Shown here: piece after piece, positions 1 to 12,024 of the stretch
How the letters are laid out: each line of letters starts with the position of its first letter
How positions within the stretch are numbered: the stretch's first letter is position 1
Source of the DNA: Thraustochytrium aureum
Lineage: Eukaryota
Length of the DNA stretch: 31,868 bases
Direction of reading: 5' to 3'
NCBI GenBank assembly: GCA_012862495.1
Contig: BLSG01000001.1
Coordinates: 134,638-166,505, forward strand
Program-made: the position numbers and the translations under genes
The notes under the pieces: model-generated
What the model saw: only the letters and a program-made list of their open reading frames with translations
Databases searched by the model: none
What the model was told of the DNA's origin: nothing

Positions 1-3000
1 ATGTCGTCCGGGTCCAGACGCAGCGGGTCGCTCAGCGCCACGAGCCACTTGACCGTGTCTGGCCGCAGCATGGCCTCTATTGCGCCCCAGGGCTTGTCTG
101 TCCAGAGCTGGTGAAAATCAACGCGGCCTTCGGAAGATGAAAACTCGTCGCACGCCTCCAAGAGGTCAAGGACCTGAATGTACCTGTTGCTGCATCCTGT
201 GTCCCTGTCCGGTCCTAGCGCAGCTGCTGCGGCCCGGAGCGCGCCGTAGTCAGTGCCGGGAATGCTCGTGAGGAGCTTGGCAGCAAGATTTGGCCCGAGA
301 GCCGCGCTCGCCTTTCGCTTTGCCACGGGCGAGCCATGCATGAGAGCCCCCGTAACCACGGTCTGCCGCGTGCGCTCCCGGTCGATGCCGTAGGCGCTGG
401 CAAAGTTGAGCACGTTGCAGTCGTCTGGATCATCCGCATCTGGTCCGGCATCGAAGCCAGTCGCACGAACAGCGTGTTCCAGGACCTCTGCGCAAATGTA
501 CGCGCTAGGTGCTGGGTCAGGCTCGAGGAAGCGCTTGTGGTCAAAGGGCACGCCGAGCCGCGCCAGCCACGACCACCACTTTGCGTTCTTGGCCATCCGC
601 ACGCAGTCCGACTCGAGATCCTGGAGCCTGAGGGCATGGCCGACGTCAAGCCCGACTCGAGCAAGGCCCAGCAGCCGATCAAAGTCACGGTTCACTTTTG
701 GCAGGCTCGCACGGAAGCATTCAAACGCCGCGTCTGCCCGCGCGACGCCGGCGAGGTAGCCGAGGGCGAGGTCCGGGTCCAGCTCGCGCGCCGCGAGGCA
801 CTTGGCTGATAAGTCCAGCAGGCACCTTTCGACGTGTGCCGGGGGGCAGCACCGCACGCATGATGCCATTGCTGACAGCGCGAGTTGCATCGCGCCGTTC
901 GATCGAAGGTATTGCAAACGTCCTCCAGAGCCGCAGACACGCGCGGGTGGTTTGCTTCAACGAGGAACACCAGCTTTGTGAAAAGCCCGACCACGCGGTC
1001 GCTTGAGAGGACCGACTCGTTCTCGCTGAACCAGTGGCTGGAGCTTTCGCGGAGGCTGTCGGAGCCATCAAGCAAGCAGGCGCGCCCCCCGAGCGGCCCG
1101 GGGCCGACTCGAGCATCAAGGTCCTCCTCCACTGCCCAAAGCGCGGCGTCCTCCAGGCCGATTTCGCACCGAGAAATGGCAGTAGCGATCAGATCTGCGC
1201 TCCGCAGGAGCTTGGAAACGCGGCCAAGCAGAGCAGCCGGGCACCGAACTGCGCTCGCAGCGAGGGCTGCATGAACACGCTCGTGGCACGTCAATCGGTC
1301 AGGAAAACGGATCGACATCTCCGTGGAAACGCGGTACTGGAGCTCTGGCAGCGAGACCCTTTCAGCCCATAGCGCACATCGGTCCCAATCTTTCGCTCGC
1401 GCGCAAGCGCAGGCCAGCTGCGCATATGCCCACTCAAGCCCAGCCTTGCGCTGAACAGGTGGAGCGCAAGACAGGAGAACCGCGCTCCGTGAGACGATAT
1501 CGGAGTCGCACAGCGTGAAACACCTCTCAAGGACAACGCGTTCATACGTGGCCAACCACGCTTGCGGGGACCCCAATTCGGCCAAGGTAACACGCTCCTT
1601 GAATTGCTGATGAAGCCTTAAGACTGCGCTGAAGCGCTCCCGAAGTACAGCAACTTGCTCTGGCNNNNNNNNNNNNNNNNNNNNNNNNNNNNNNNNNNNN
1701 NNNNNNNNNNNNNNNNNNNNNNNNNNNNNNNNNNNNNNNNNNNNNNNNNNNNNNNNNNNNNNNNNNNNNCATGCTCGCAGCACCTTGGGGGCCCGCATAG
1801 GACAGCACAGAGAGGGCGAGCGCCGCGGCCGCCGGAGCATCTTCGGCGTCAAATGGATCGTCGCAAACGATCTCGCAGAACGCGGTCGCCCGGTGGCGGA
1901 TCCGCTCTTGCAGGACCGTGCCGCCTTCCCGAGCGGCGGCCTCAAGAACGACGCGCACGCGGTCGCCGCTCGCCCAGGCGGCCTCGCTCGGCGAGCTTGT
2001 ATCACAAGAGCTTGTCGAAGAGTCCGCCGGCGCCGACGCAAAGAGCGTGTTTTCGAGCACGCTGCAAAAGACGTCGCAGAGGTCGACGAACTGGAAGGCG
2101 CGCGCAAGTTCGATCGCGTCAGCGAGCTGGGCGGCGAAAGCGTCAGCGTCGGCGGCGCGGGCTACAGCAGCCAATGTGAAAGACAGGAGCGCGCGGGCCT
2201 CGGCCGGGTCTGAGAAATTCAGCCTCTGCTTGACCCGGAAGCGGGCAACAAGCGCACCGAGGTCCATGAGGCGCTTCTGCTCGACAATCTCTTCCAAGAA
2301 AGGCGTGTCCCACTGGAGCGCTTGCCCAACTAGCAATTCGAGCTCTTCGCTGTAGGGAGGCGAGATGTTTCGCATGAGCGCGAGAACCGCCCTGGCTCCA
2401 AAGCCGTGGACTCGAATCGCGCGGACAACCGCGACGGCGCACTGCTCCTTGCAAGAGTCAGCGCCGTCCACCTCGAGGGCCACCGACTCGATGTACTCGG
2501 CCAAGACTAGGTCGACGGAAAGCCCGAACCGCGCGCAGCAAGGGCCGACGTGGCGGCCAACCTCGTCATTCACAAGCTCCGGAGCGAGAACCCTCCCGAG
2601 TAGTAGGAAGATGCATCCCTGGACGCCCAGGCGGCAAAACTGATCGAGGGTCACCTCGAGCTTGTGGCTTTCGGACAGGTAGACGATGTCGCGCAGGTCG
2701 CGTTCCAGGTCCCGCAGCTCGCGCTCTGCGGGGGTCCACTCGTGCGTCCCTATCCGTAGCGTCCGCTGCAGTGGAGTCATGCTGGCGCTGTCAACGCCGC
2801 ACTCTGGGCGCACGACGCTCAGAGTGGCCTCTGCGAGGGCCAAGCCAGCCTTTGACCCGATCGTCTGTTCAGCATACGTAGCGCGCGCGCAGCCCCAAGC
2901 AGCCATTGCCGCTCGACCTTGCGCGAACGAGTGCGACGCAGTAAGCACGTCCTCGCCGTGGTAGCGGAGCCATTTCGCCACGCGTTCGTGGGGCACCTCG

Positions 3001-4811
3001 AAAGGGATTCGAGCGAGAAGCCCGCCCGCGTCGCACTTGAGATCTGCGCGGGACAACTCGGCCACGTGGCGCTCTAGCAAGGTGCCAGCTGCCGCAAAAT
3101 CGCCCTTGGAGAGGGCTGCGGCAAGCTCGGCGCCAAGGTCGCACGTGCGAAAGCGCTGCCAAGAGTCGCAGTCGAATGGGGCCGACGGGCCCTGGAGCGC
3201 GCGAAAGGTCGCTGCGCGAACCAGGGCGTGCTGCAGCCGTGCGGCGTTGACAAGGTCGCCCCCGTCCTCGCACAGTTTGTGGGCTTTGTGCAGCAAGCTA
3301 ACCGTCGAGTCAAAGGCCCCGGGAAGGCGCACGCCGAGGCAGCCGGCGGCAATCAGCGGCAGCTGCGATGGCGGGCCGAGCCGAGCGAGGCTGTCGAGCA
3401 GCTCGTGCACTCGGCTCATCAGCTCCGAGGGCACCTCGGCACCTTCGGTCTCAGCGCTAGCAAGGAGGGACTCGCGCGCAGAGTCCAGGAGCGAGGCGAG
3501 CTGGCCCTTGTGCACAGTGGCGTAGGCGTCCTTGCCCAAGCTCTTGTCGCTGGCCAGTGCGAGCGCCTCGTCGAAGCGTCCGGTCGCGACGAGACGTTCG
3601 AACACCAGGGCCGGGTTGGTTTCGCAGCACTCGAGCGCGACGACGCGGTCGGAAGACTTGGGATCCCTTCCAGCGACAAAGCATCGGCTAGTTCCCGAGG
3701 GCGGACCAGCGATAAGCTGACTTGTCACGGGCACAGCCAGAGAGGGCGAGAAGAGAACCTGCACGCCACCTGCGGCTGACACTGCGCCGACGAGGACTCG
3801 GCCAGGCTCGACCAAAAACCCGAGACGCCCGCACGAGCCCATTCCCACGATCGCACGGCACCGGCCGTGTTCTGGAGGCAGCTGTACCCGACCCAAAAAA
3901 TGAAGCTCGCGGGCATCCCAGAGCGCGAGGCGGCCACTTGTGCTGAGCGTTGCTAGAGCCTGCTTGCGCTCGCCTACATGAACCAGCGCTGTGAGCGCTG
4001 CGTCTGGGGCGTCCCTCGGGTCGCGCGCTCTTGGCCCAGGGCGCCCGGCCTCACCTCCCCAAGAGTTCAAGCGCGCGCTCTGCGCATCTGCGGTAACGAG
4101 CTGGAGGAAACCGCTCACCGTGCTGCGGTGCACCACTAGACCGCTTATGCCGCCTGGGTGCGCGCCGGAGAGGTCGACGCTCGAGACGTGCACGTTGCTT
4201 CGCACGCTTTCCAGAAGAGCGGCATTCTCGGACTCGGCGGCGTCTTCGAGCATTTGAACATCTAGCCGAGAGAGCCGAACCAGCCTGCAGGTCTTGGCCC
4301 TCTCGCTCGACGCGCCGTCATCGCTCTGGCAAACGACGAAAAGGTCCTCGCCGCCATCTTCAGAGTCGAAGAATTTTGGGGTCTCCAAGAACACCAGGCG
4401 CCGCACTCGCTCGCCGGAGCCTCTTGCAACAACTTGCTGTGAGAACAACCGCCGCCCCTCCTTGTTCAGAAAGTGCAAGGTCCCGCTTTGCTCCGCAATC
4501 ACGCAGCACGACCCGGTCCCATTCCAAGCTGCGCACGCAACCGGCCCAGCAAACATGAGCGGGTCTGCGCCGCCCACAACCTGCACGGAGTTGGCTGCCC
4601 CGAGGGCAAGCCGAAAGTCGTGGCTGCCGGAGTTTGCGCCTGCGGCACACACCACGGGGTCATCAAAGGGCAGCCCAAGACCTTTGTCAAGGCCGCCAGG
4701 CCCCGCAGCGTTCGCAAGGCTCGGCAGATTCTCGCTGTCTTCGCTCTCCTGTCCCTCCACGGTGACGCTAGCCACCGGCCGTACTCGAAACAGATCATCC
4801 GGCTGAGCCAT
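1..4811 (-). CDS. KNTC1: Kinetochore-associated protein 1 (Rod, RZZ complex subunit); 3'-partial, spans gap 1665-1769, apparent frameshift near 911-918
   Basis: The likely ATG is at 4811 (MAQPDDLFRV...), followed by a beta-propeller-like N-terminus and a helical solenoid. The segment LRDIVYLSESHKLEVTLDQF...LLGRVLAPELV...VLAEYIE...PYSEELELLVGQALQWDTP...KRLMDL matches remembered KNTC1 sequence (LRELITLHRKYNCKLALSDF...FDKVLAPELI...LLLYIE...PWSAAVEQLVKQHLEMDHP). Below ~915 an unlisted open frame continues to position 1 (LDPDLALGYL...NAKWWSWLARLGVPF...GRVDFHQLWTDKPWGAIEAML), resembling the Rod C-terminal region. Confidence 0.85.
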
Positions 4812-4992
4812 TTCGGTCGGTCGGCACTGGCCAGCACGAAGCGACCTGTCAGAGCAGCGCGCTCGGGCGGTTGCAGCCGGTTGTTGACGAGTCACCACTG
4901 CTGCACCGGGCCACGCTGGCAGGTCCGTGGTTTCGACTCGCGCGTGGCGCGCCCCGCCGCCCGTTTTGGTCCAGGCGTCTCCCGCCAGTTCG

Positions 4993-5044
<52 letters not shown>
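4993..5044. repeat. (CAGG)13 microsatellite
   Basis: Perfect tetranucleotide run between the divergent KNTC1 and DNAI3 genes. Confidence 0.97.
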
Positions 5045-5864
5045 CCGTTCGTGGTCTGCTGCTCGCTAAGCGTTTTGCGGCTTGGGAAAATGGCCCAGCA
5101 AACAGAACAGATTTGCGCGTCAGCCTCCGTGCAAGAGCAGCCCGCGAGCAGCCCGCAAGCAGAACCTCCTTCGCCACGCACGCTCGCCGCCGTCGATGGT
5201 TTGCTCGTCCGCTCGCGCGCCAGTCGATCGTTCGTTCGAGGTCTGCCTCCGCCCAGTTCTGGTCGTCGGTTTTCCTTCAGNNNNNNNNNNNNNNNNNNNN
5301 NNNNNNNNNNNNNNNNNNNNNNNNNNNNNNNNNNNNNNNNNNNNNNNNNNNNNNNNNNNNNNNNNNNNNNNNNNNNNNNNNNNNNNNNNNNNNNNNNNNN
5401 NNNNNNNNNNNNNNNNNNNNNNNNNNNNNNNNNNNNNNNNNNNNNNNNNNNNNNNNNNNNNNNNNNNNNNNNNNNNNNNNNNNNNNNNNNNNNNNNNNNN
5501 NNNNNNNNNNNNNNNNNNNNNNNNNNNNNNNNNNNNNNNNNNNNNNNNNNNNNNNNNNNNNNNNNNNNNNNNNNNNNNNNNNNNNNNNNNNNNNNNNNNN
5601 NNNNNNNNNNNNNNNNNNNNNNNNNNNNNNNNNNNNNNNNNNNNNNNNNNNNNNNNNNNNNNNNNNNNNNNNNNNNNNNNNNNNNNNNNNNNNNNNNNNN
5701 NNNNNNNNNNNNNNNNNNNNNNNNNNNNNNNNNNNNNNNNNNNNNNNNNNNNNNNNNNNNNNNNNNNNNNNNNNNNNNNNNNNNNNNNNNNNNNNNNNNN
5801 NNNNNNNNNNNNNNNNNNNNNNNNNNNNNNNNNNNNNNNNNNNNNNNNNNNNNNNNNNNNNNNN

Positions 5865-8800
5865 CCCGCGGAGAAGGAAGAGGAGGAGGAGGTAGCGGAG
5901 GATGCGCAGACGGGCTTGTTCCCCAAGGAGCGACCGGACGGCGTGCTCCCGATGATGATCTCGATCCAAAACATGGACAAGTACGAGCTGAAATCCGGGA
6001 ATGGGCTGAAGGACACGGTGCCGTACAAGTGGTTCGAAAAGGAGTCCGTCCTCGAGGAGATCCAGGCCGTGGGATTCTACAGCGACTTTAACGACTTTAA
6101 GAAGGAGATTATTGCCTACCCGGGGGAGAGACTCCTCGTCATCGCCGACGCGGAAGAGGTGTACGGGCAAAACTGGATGCTGTGCGCGACGCCAGAAGCT
6201 GCCGACTCCATGTTTGCGATCGTGGACGCGGAGCGCATTCGCGCCGAGGAGACCAAGCGGCGCGCTGAGGAGGCAGAGGCGGCGCGGATTGCTGCCGAAG
6301 AAGCCGAGCGCAACGTGGTGTTTGAGGACAAGCCCATTGTTCCACGTCAGCGCGTGTCGTACACCGAGCACGAGTCGCAGACCGAGATTGAGTGGCAGGA
6401 CGTCTTGCCCGCGCGCAAGCTGATGGCAATGGCGATTTCGCGCAAGCGGAGCGATTTTGGCGCGGCTACAAAGTTCAGTGACCGCGACGCGGAGCAGAGC
6501 GGTATATTTGAGTTCCGGCAGCACAAGGACCCGAACTTTGAACTGCGGCGCAAGCAGGTCGACTCGGGACTCCAAGCCTGCCCGTCCTGGACGGCAGCCT
6601 GGATCCCCTACTCGCCTTGGGCGCGCGATGAAGACCTCCCGGCAGAACAGGTTCCGTTCCCCTTTGTGGCAACGACGGCGCAAGCAAGCACTGGGGGCAA
6701 GAAGAGCTCTGCAGGAGGCGTGTTTGACTTTACCGCCGACAACGTCAACGCGCTCGACGTGATGTCTGCGCGCGAGCTCCCGCGCATGGTGGACAGGAGC
6801 TCGCAGACCTCGTTTTTCCGCAAACTCAACTCCACAACGCAGTACGAGTACGTGGAGCTGGACGAGAGCGGGCTGGACCCCTCCGCGGAGGAGCACGAAA
6901 TCGGGCGATTTTTGGCCAAGGTGATGCCGTCCGTGGAGTTTGCGCTTCAGCAGAACGAGACGCTCGACATGTTTTCCAACGAGTTCGTTCGGCTGCGCAC
7001 CGAGGAGGTCTCCGGCCTCGGCAACAAGGAAGACAATCACCTTCGTGAGCTGCGCACCTTCACTGACCTGATCTATTCGAACGGGCGCGTCTTGTCGTGC
7101 GTGGACTGGCACCCGCGACTGTCCAACGTGGTGGCCGTCGCCTGTTCCGAGCCGTTGCGGTTCGACCAGCGGGTCGAGTTCTCCGGCAAGGAGCGCAACT
7201 CGTTCATCCTGATCTGGAACTTTTCCGATCTCATCCACCCGCAGCTCGTGCTGCGGTCGCCGCACGAGTGCACGCACTTTAGCTTCAACCCGGACCAGCC
7301 TCACCTTGTGGCTGGAGGGTGCGAGACGGGCCAGGTCGTGCTGTGGGATATCTCCAAAGCGCTCGCTCAGGTGCGCAGCAAGAAAAAGGACAGCAAGAAG
7401 GGCGGGCCGGGGGCGGCCGCTGCCGCCGCAGCTGGTGCGCAATCGGGTCCTGGGGGGGGCACCGCTGTCGATGCAGCTGGCGGGGCTCTAGAGGTGGGCG
7501 GGCCCGCCGCGGCCGAGGCGGGCGGCCAAGCCGGGCTTGAGGCGGACGAGGAAGGCGGCGCTGACCGTTCCGCCGCGATCCCTCCGATCGAGCCGCTTGT
7601 CGTCTCGCTAGTAGACCAGTCGCACCGCCGGCCGATTTCTCACCTCGAGTGGATCCCGGTCGGGCTCAACGTGGACAGCCTCGGCCGCGTGTCCGCTAAG
7701 GTAAAGCAAGGCTCGGACAAGCTCTCGCACCAGCTTGTCACATGCGCCGGGGACGGCCGGATCCTGTTCTGGGACTGCCGGCTCAACGCCTTCAAGCGGG
7801 TCAAGCAGACCGCGGCCGAGCAAGAGGAGGGGGATGCCAGTGGCGCTCCTGTGGAGGATTCGCACTGGACGCCGCTCTTCCGCTGCACCTTGTCGCGCAA
7901 CGACGGATCGAGCGAGTTTGGTCTGAGCAAGATATCTCTGCGCGGCCGCGTCGACGCTATCCTCGAGGCGGCGCTCGGCCAAGAGGACTCGGTCACGGAT
8001 GCGACGGCGGGAACAGGTCGTCAAGGGTCCCATCTCTCTGGGACCGCCTTTTTCCTGCACCACCGAGGAGGGCCAGATGATATTCGGTGATTGGCAGGGC
8101 GCACGCTCTGAAAAGCCTGCGCGGGGCCAAGGGGGCGCGAATGGCGGCAGCGCCGAGCTGGCTGCTGGCGGAGCGGTGGGTTCCGCCGCGGATGAGGCGA
8201 CCAGTAGTCTGGACGAGAAGATTCACTGGGTGTCCACGGACCACTTTCGCAACTCGGTCACGCTCCGGCGCTCGCCATTCTTTCCGTTCTTGCTGCTCTC
8301 TGTGTCGCCGAACGGCTTCAACATCTGGAAAGAGGATCTCAAGTGCCCGCTGTTCTCCTCGCCCATTGCAACGGGCATGTCTCACCTCACATGCGCGGAC
8401 TGGTCGCCAACGAGGCCGGGGGTGATCATGGTCGGCAAGAGCGATGGGACGGTGGACATTTGGGACTTGACTGACCAGAGTCACCGGCCGAGCGCGACCG
8501 TGTCCATTGCCGCCTACGCGATAACCTCGATGCAGTTTCGCGCTGACCATAGCGCGTCGCGCCGGCCGGCGAAAGGGCCGACGAGGGTGCCGGTTGGCGG
8601 GGCATCAGACGAGCGCGTACTTCGCGAGATCTTGGTGACGCAGGCAACGAGCCATGCACCACAAGGAGACCAGATCCAGCTGCTCGCGCTGGGAGACTCC
8701 ACCGGAAACCTGCACATCCTTGACATTCCACGCAACCTGCGCTGGCGGATGCCCAAAGAGAAAAAATCATGGCTGCCTTTTTCGAGCGCGAGCTCGAGCG

Positions 8801-9047
8801 GGTCGCTTATGTAAGCCGACGCGCGCGACAGCGCGAGAGGGAGCGCGAGGGCGCCGCGAGCGAGCTTTACAGCGTCGGGGGCGCAGGCTCTGCCGCCGCA
8901 GCCGCTGCTCTGCACGACGGCGCTGAGGTGAACCGAGAGGGCAAGGAGTACCGCAAGCTTGTCGAGGCAGAGGAAAAGCGATACCAAGCCCTTTCGGCAA
9001 AGCTTCTGCAGAACGAGCTTGCTCCCGCACCGAACTCGAAACGCTAG
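5865..9047 (+). CDS. DNAI3: Dynein axonemal intermediate chain 3 (WDR63/IC140-like WD40 protein); 5'-partial (start in or before gap 5281-5864), apparent frameshifts near 8055 and 8761-8767
   Basis: Three consecutive frames join into one protein: FYSDFNDFKKEI...VEFALQQNETLDMF...ELRTFTDLIYS...SCVDWHP...ILIWNFSDLIHPQLVLRSP...VAGGCETGQVVLWDI, then CTTEEGQMIFGDW...LRRSPFFP...ADWSPTRPGV...DIWDL...LLALGDSTGNLHILDIPRNL, then FFERELERVAYV to the stop at 9047. These are WDR63-type motifs. Confidence 0.9.
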
Positions 9048-9502
9048 CTTTTTCTTGCTTTCGAGGAGTGCTAGCTGCTCTTGCGCCTGCGCTTGGCGCG
9101 CGCAAGCGATTCTAGATGATTTTGTTTCCCTCCAAAGCGTACGTACCCTACTAGCTCTCGAACCACCAACCTACATGCACGAAGGGCCCCTTTTCCCTGC
9201 GCCGCATCCGCGCCAAGCGCTCCCGTTGCAGGTGTCCGTGCCCTGCATCGTGGCATCGTGCCGTCGACTCGGAGCGCAAGCGAGCGAGCTCTCCAGAGAG
9301 GCGCTCGCAGGAGGACTGCGTTGCGAAAGGGACTCTACATTCTGAACGTTTGGCCTACCTAATTTTGCTGCTCGGAGCACCCGCTCGCATGCGCTTGCAC
9401 GAGTTCTCTTGCTCGCTTCAGAGGCGCTCAGGAGCCGTCGCGCCGTTGATGCTGCTCTTACCTACATGTCATGGGCCTCATGGCTGCCCGCGGCCGCCCT
9501 CC

Positions 9503-10405
9503 TCATGAGTACTCGATGATGGGGTCGCCCACCTTGGTCACCACAGGCACCTTGCAGTCGACGTCGAATACCTTGCCGAAGATCAGCTTGAAGACTTTTT
9601 GCACGTTGATCGAGTGCGACGCGGAGCTGAAGATCAGCGGCGCCTTCATCGCGCGCGCAAACTTGCGCGCTTGCTTGGTGATCTCCTTCTGCTCTTCGTG
9701 CGGCAGCGTCGCGAAGATGTCATACTTGGTCCCAATCAGGAACGCAAACGCCTGCTTGTTCAGTCCGCGGACCTGCCGGTACCATCCTTGACGCTCGTCA
9801 ACGTGGAGCGCCGCGAGAGGTCAAACATGAAGAGAATGACTATCGCGTCGTTGCAGACCAGCGGAAGCATCGAGATAAACTCGCGCTCCCCGCCTAGGTC
9901 CCATATGGAAAACGTTACTCTTCGCGCCAGCACGCCGTGCGCGGAGCGAGTTAGGCCCAGGCTGCGGCACAGCGCGCGCTCCATCGCTTTCACTTACTCT
10001 GCGTTTTTCAGAGCGATCGACTTCTCCATGAAGTTGACGCCGAGCGTCTCGATGTAGTCTTTGCTCGAGGCGCCGCGGCAAAGCAATCGGATTAGCGGGT
10101 GGCGACACGAGCGGGCGACCAGAGCCGGTCACAAGCAGCCAGAGCGGCACGTACCCGAGTCAAACTTCCCTTCCACGTACTTGACCATCAGCGACGTCTT
10201 GCCAATCTGCGCGTCCCCCCACCATGCCCACCTTGACCACAAGCGAGTTGCGCTTCACCTTGCGGTCCACCCTGTCCGCGCCGCCTTCGTCGCTGCCCAG
10301 CAGCGACCTCGCGCCTGCCTCGCCCCCGAGTCCCAGCGCATCGTTCTCCCCTTCCTCCGCCGCAGCGCCCTCAGCCTTGCCGTCCTTCCCCACCAAGTCC
10401 GCCAT
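9503..10405 (-). CDS. SPG1: Septum-promoting GTP-binding protein, Spg1/Tem1 family small GTPase; exons ~10405-10155, 10058-9998, 9919-9503; apparent frameshifts near 10215-10220 and 9785
   Basis: Spliced, frameshift-corrected translation: VVKVGMVGDAQIGKTSLMVKYVEGKFDSDYIETLGVNFMEKSIALKNAEVTFSIWDLGGEREFISMLPLVCNDA...WYRQVRGLNKQAFAFLIGTKYD...ARKFARAMKAPLIFSSASHSINVQKVFK...GDPIIEYS*. This is diagnostic of Spg1/Tem1. The true start could lie in the adjacent gap. Confidence 0.93.
9920..9997 (-). other. Spliceosomal intron 2 of SPG1 (78 nt)
   Basis: GTAAGT donor, CCTAAC branch-point-like motif, AAG acceptor. Removal restores KNAEVTFSIWDLGG. Confidence 0.88.
10059..10154 (-). other. Spliceosomal intron 1 of SPG1 (96 nt)
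   Basis: GTACGT donor, GCTAAT branch-point-like motif, AAG acceptor. Removal restores FDSDYIETLG. Confidence 0.88.
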
Positions 10406-11126
10406 CCTCGCGNNNNNNNNNNNNNNNNNNNNNNNNNNNNNNNNNNNNNNNNNNNNNNNNNNNNNNNNNNNNNNNNNNNNNNNNNNNNNNNNNNNNNNNN
10501 NNNNNNNNNNNNNNNNNNNNNNNNNNNNNNNNNNNNNNNNNNNNNNNNNNNNNNNNNNNNNNNNNNNNNNNNNNNNNNNNNNNNNNNNNNNNNNNNNNNN
10601 NNNNNNNNNNNNNNNNNNNNNNNNNNNNNNNNNNNNNNNNNNNNNNNNNNNNNNNNNNNNNNNNNNNNNNNNNNNNNNNNNNNNNNNNNNNNNNNNNNNN
10701 NNNNNNNNNNNNNNNNNNNNNNNNNNNNNNNNNNNNNNNNNNNNNNNNNNNNNNNNNNNNNNNNNNNNNNNNNNNNNNNNNNNNNNNNNNNNNNNNNNNN
10801 NNNNNNNNNNNNNNNNNNNNNNNNNNNNNNNNNNNNNNNNNNNNNNNNNNNNNNNNNNNNNNNNNNNNNNNNNNNNNNNNNNNNNNNNNNNNNNNNNNNN
10901 NNNNNNNNNNNNNNNNNNNNNNNNNNNNNNNNNNNNNNNNNNNNNNNNNNNNNNNNNNNNCACTCATTCACACGTGTAACGAACTCTTCGGAAAGGCGGG
11001 AGCAGGGCAGAGCCGGGGCAGACCGCGAACGCGCCGCCGCCCGCAAACACGCAGTCGCGGGCAGAGCCAGCGGGGTTCGGGGCTGCGCGCGATCTTGCTG
11101 CCGCTGCTTGGGACGAGAAAGGGGCT

Positions 11127-11998
11127 ATGGCGGAGACCGCGGCTGCCGCGGGTGAGGCTGCGCCCCCGACCGCGACAACAACGGCTACGCTGCCTCGAGG
11201 GCCTGGAACGGAGGACCCTCGCGCGGCCGGGCCGCTCGACGAAATTATCCCTGGGGTTATGTATTTGAGCAGCCTGGCTCAGGCAGAGAACTTTGACCTG
11301 CTCAAGTCGACAGGGATTACGCATGTGCTTACGGTAGGCGGCGGGATGCCGGCGCTGTACACGCACGACTTCAGCTATCAGCTCGTCGACTCAATCGACG
11401 ACGAACAAAGCGCGCTGATCATCGCGCACTTTGCCGAGTGCTTTTCATTCATCGAGCACGCTATCGCTCAAAGCGGCCGGATCCTGGTGCACTGCGTAAG
11501 TTTGGCTGCGGCTTGTGAAAACTGGCGAGCGGAAGCTGACTCGCGGCTGTGCAACGCCAATCTCGCTCTACATGCGTGTAGGAAGGCGGTGTGAGCCGCA
11601 GTGCGACGATCTGCGCCGCATACCTGATGAAGCTGCGCCGCTGGACGGTGCAGGAGGCCGTGTCCTACCTCCAAGCGGCGCGCCCAGTGGTAGCCCCCAA
11701 CGTTGGGTTCCGCGAGCAGCTCGAGCTGTTTTACCAAAGCGGATACAAGTACGACTTGAGCTCGGTGGCCGACATCACTAAAGCGCTGGAAAAGGACGAG
11801 ACCATAGCCTCGGCCGCGCCCAAGACGACGTCCTCAATCCTGTCGCAAGACATGTTTGAGACGCCGCCAGAGAACCTTTCGTACGAGCTCGAGACGAGCT
11901 CCAAGGCCAACACCTTCATCGACACGATTCTCAGCGAGACAATGCCGAAAAAGAAAAGGCAGTCCCTCCCAGCACATCTGCTGACGATGCGAGCCTAG
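11127..11998 (+). CDS. Dual-specificity protein phosphatase domain (atypical DUSP-like), intron 11496-11581; probably continues by frameshift into the 12025-15846 ORF
   Basis: EIIPGVMYLSSL...LKSTGITHVLTV...FSFIEHA...ILVHC spliced to EGGVSRSATICAAYLMK...RPVVAPNVGFREQLELF gives an intact HCxxGxSRS (CX5R) catalytic loop. Confidence 0.93.
11496..11581 (+). other. Spliceosomal intron splitting the DUSP catalytic motif (86 nt)
   Basis: GTAAGT donor directly after the catalytic Cys codon, GCTGAC branch-like motif, TAG acceptor. Removal restores HCEGGVSRS in frame. Confidence 0.9.
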
Positions 11999-12024
11999 GT
12001 GGGTACCACCGCGCGTTTGTTCCT

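Noticed and set aside
4812..5177. N-terminal extension of the 1211-aa ORF (…CLPACLPACLPA…)
   Set aside because: It is a translation of the CAGG microsatellite and upstream DNA. The ATG at 4811 is the more plausible start.
8040..8770. Programmed ribosomal frameshifting or pseudogenisation of DNAI3 and other genes
   Set aside because: The breaks go in both directions, sit mostly at homopolymers and show no shared slippery motif. Sequencing error is the simpler explanation.
11127..11998. Calling the phosphatase Cdc14 because it neighbours Spg1/Tem1
   Set aside because: It has a single DSP domain with HCEGGVSRS rather than the tandem-domain Cdc14 with HCKAGLGRT.
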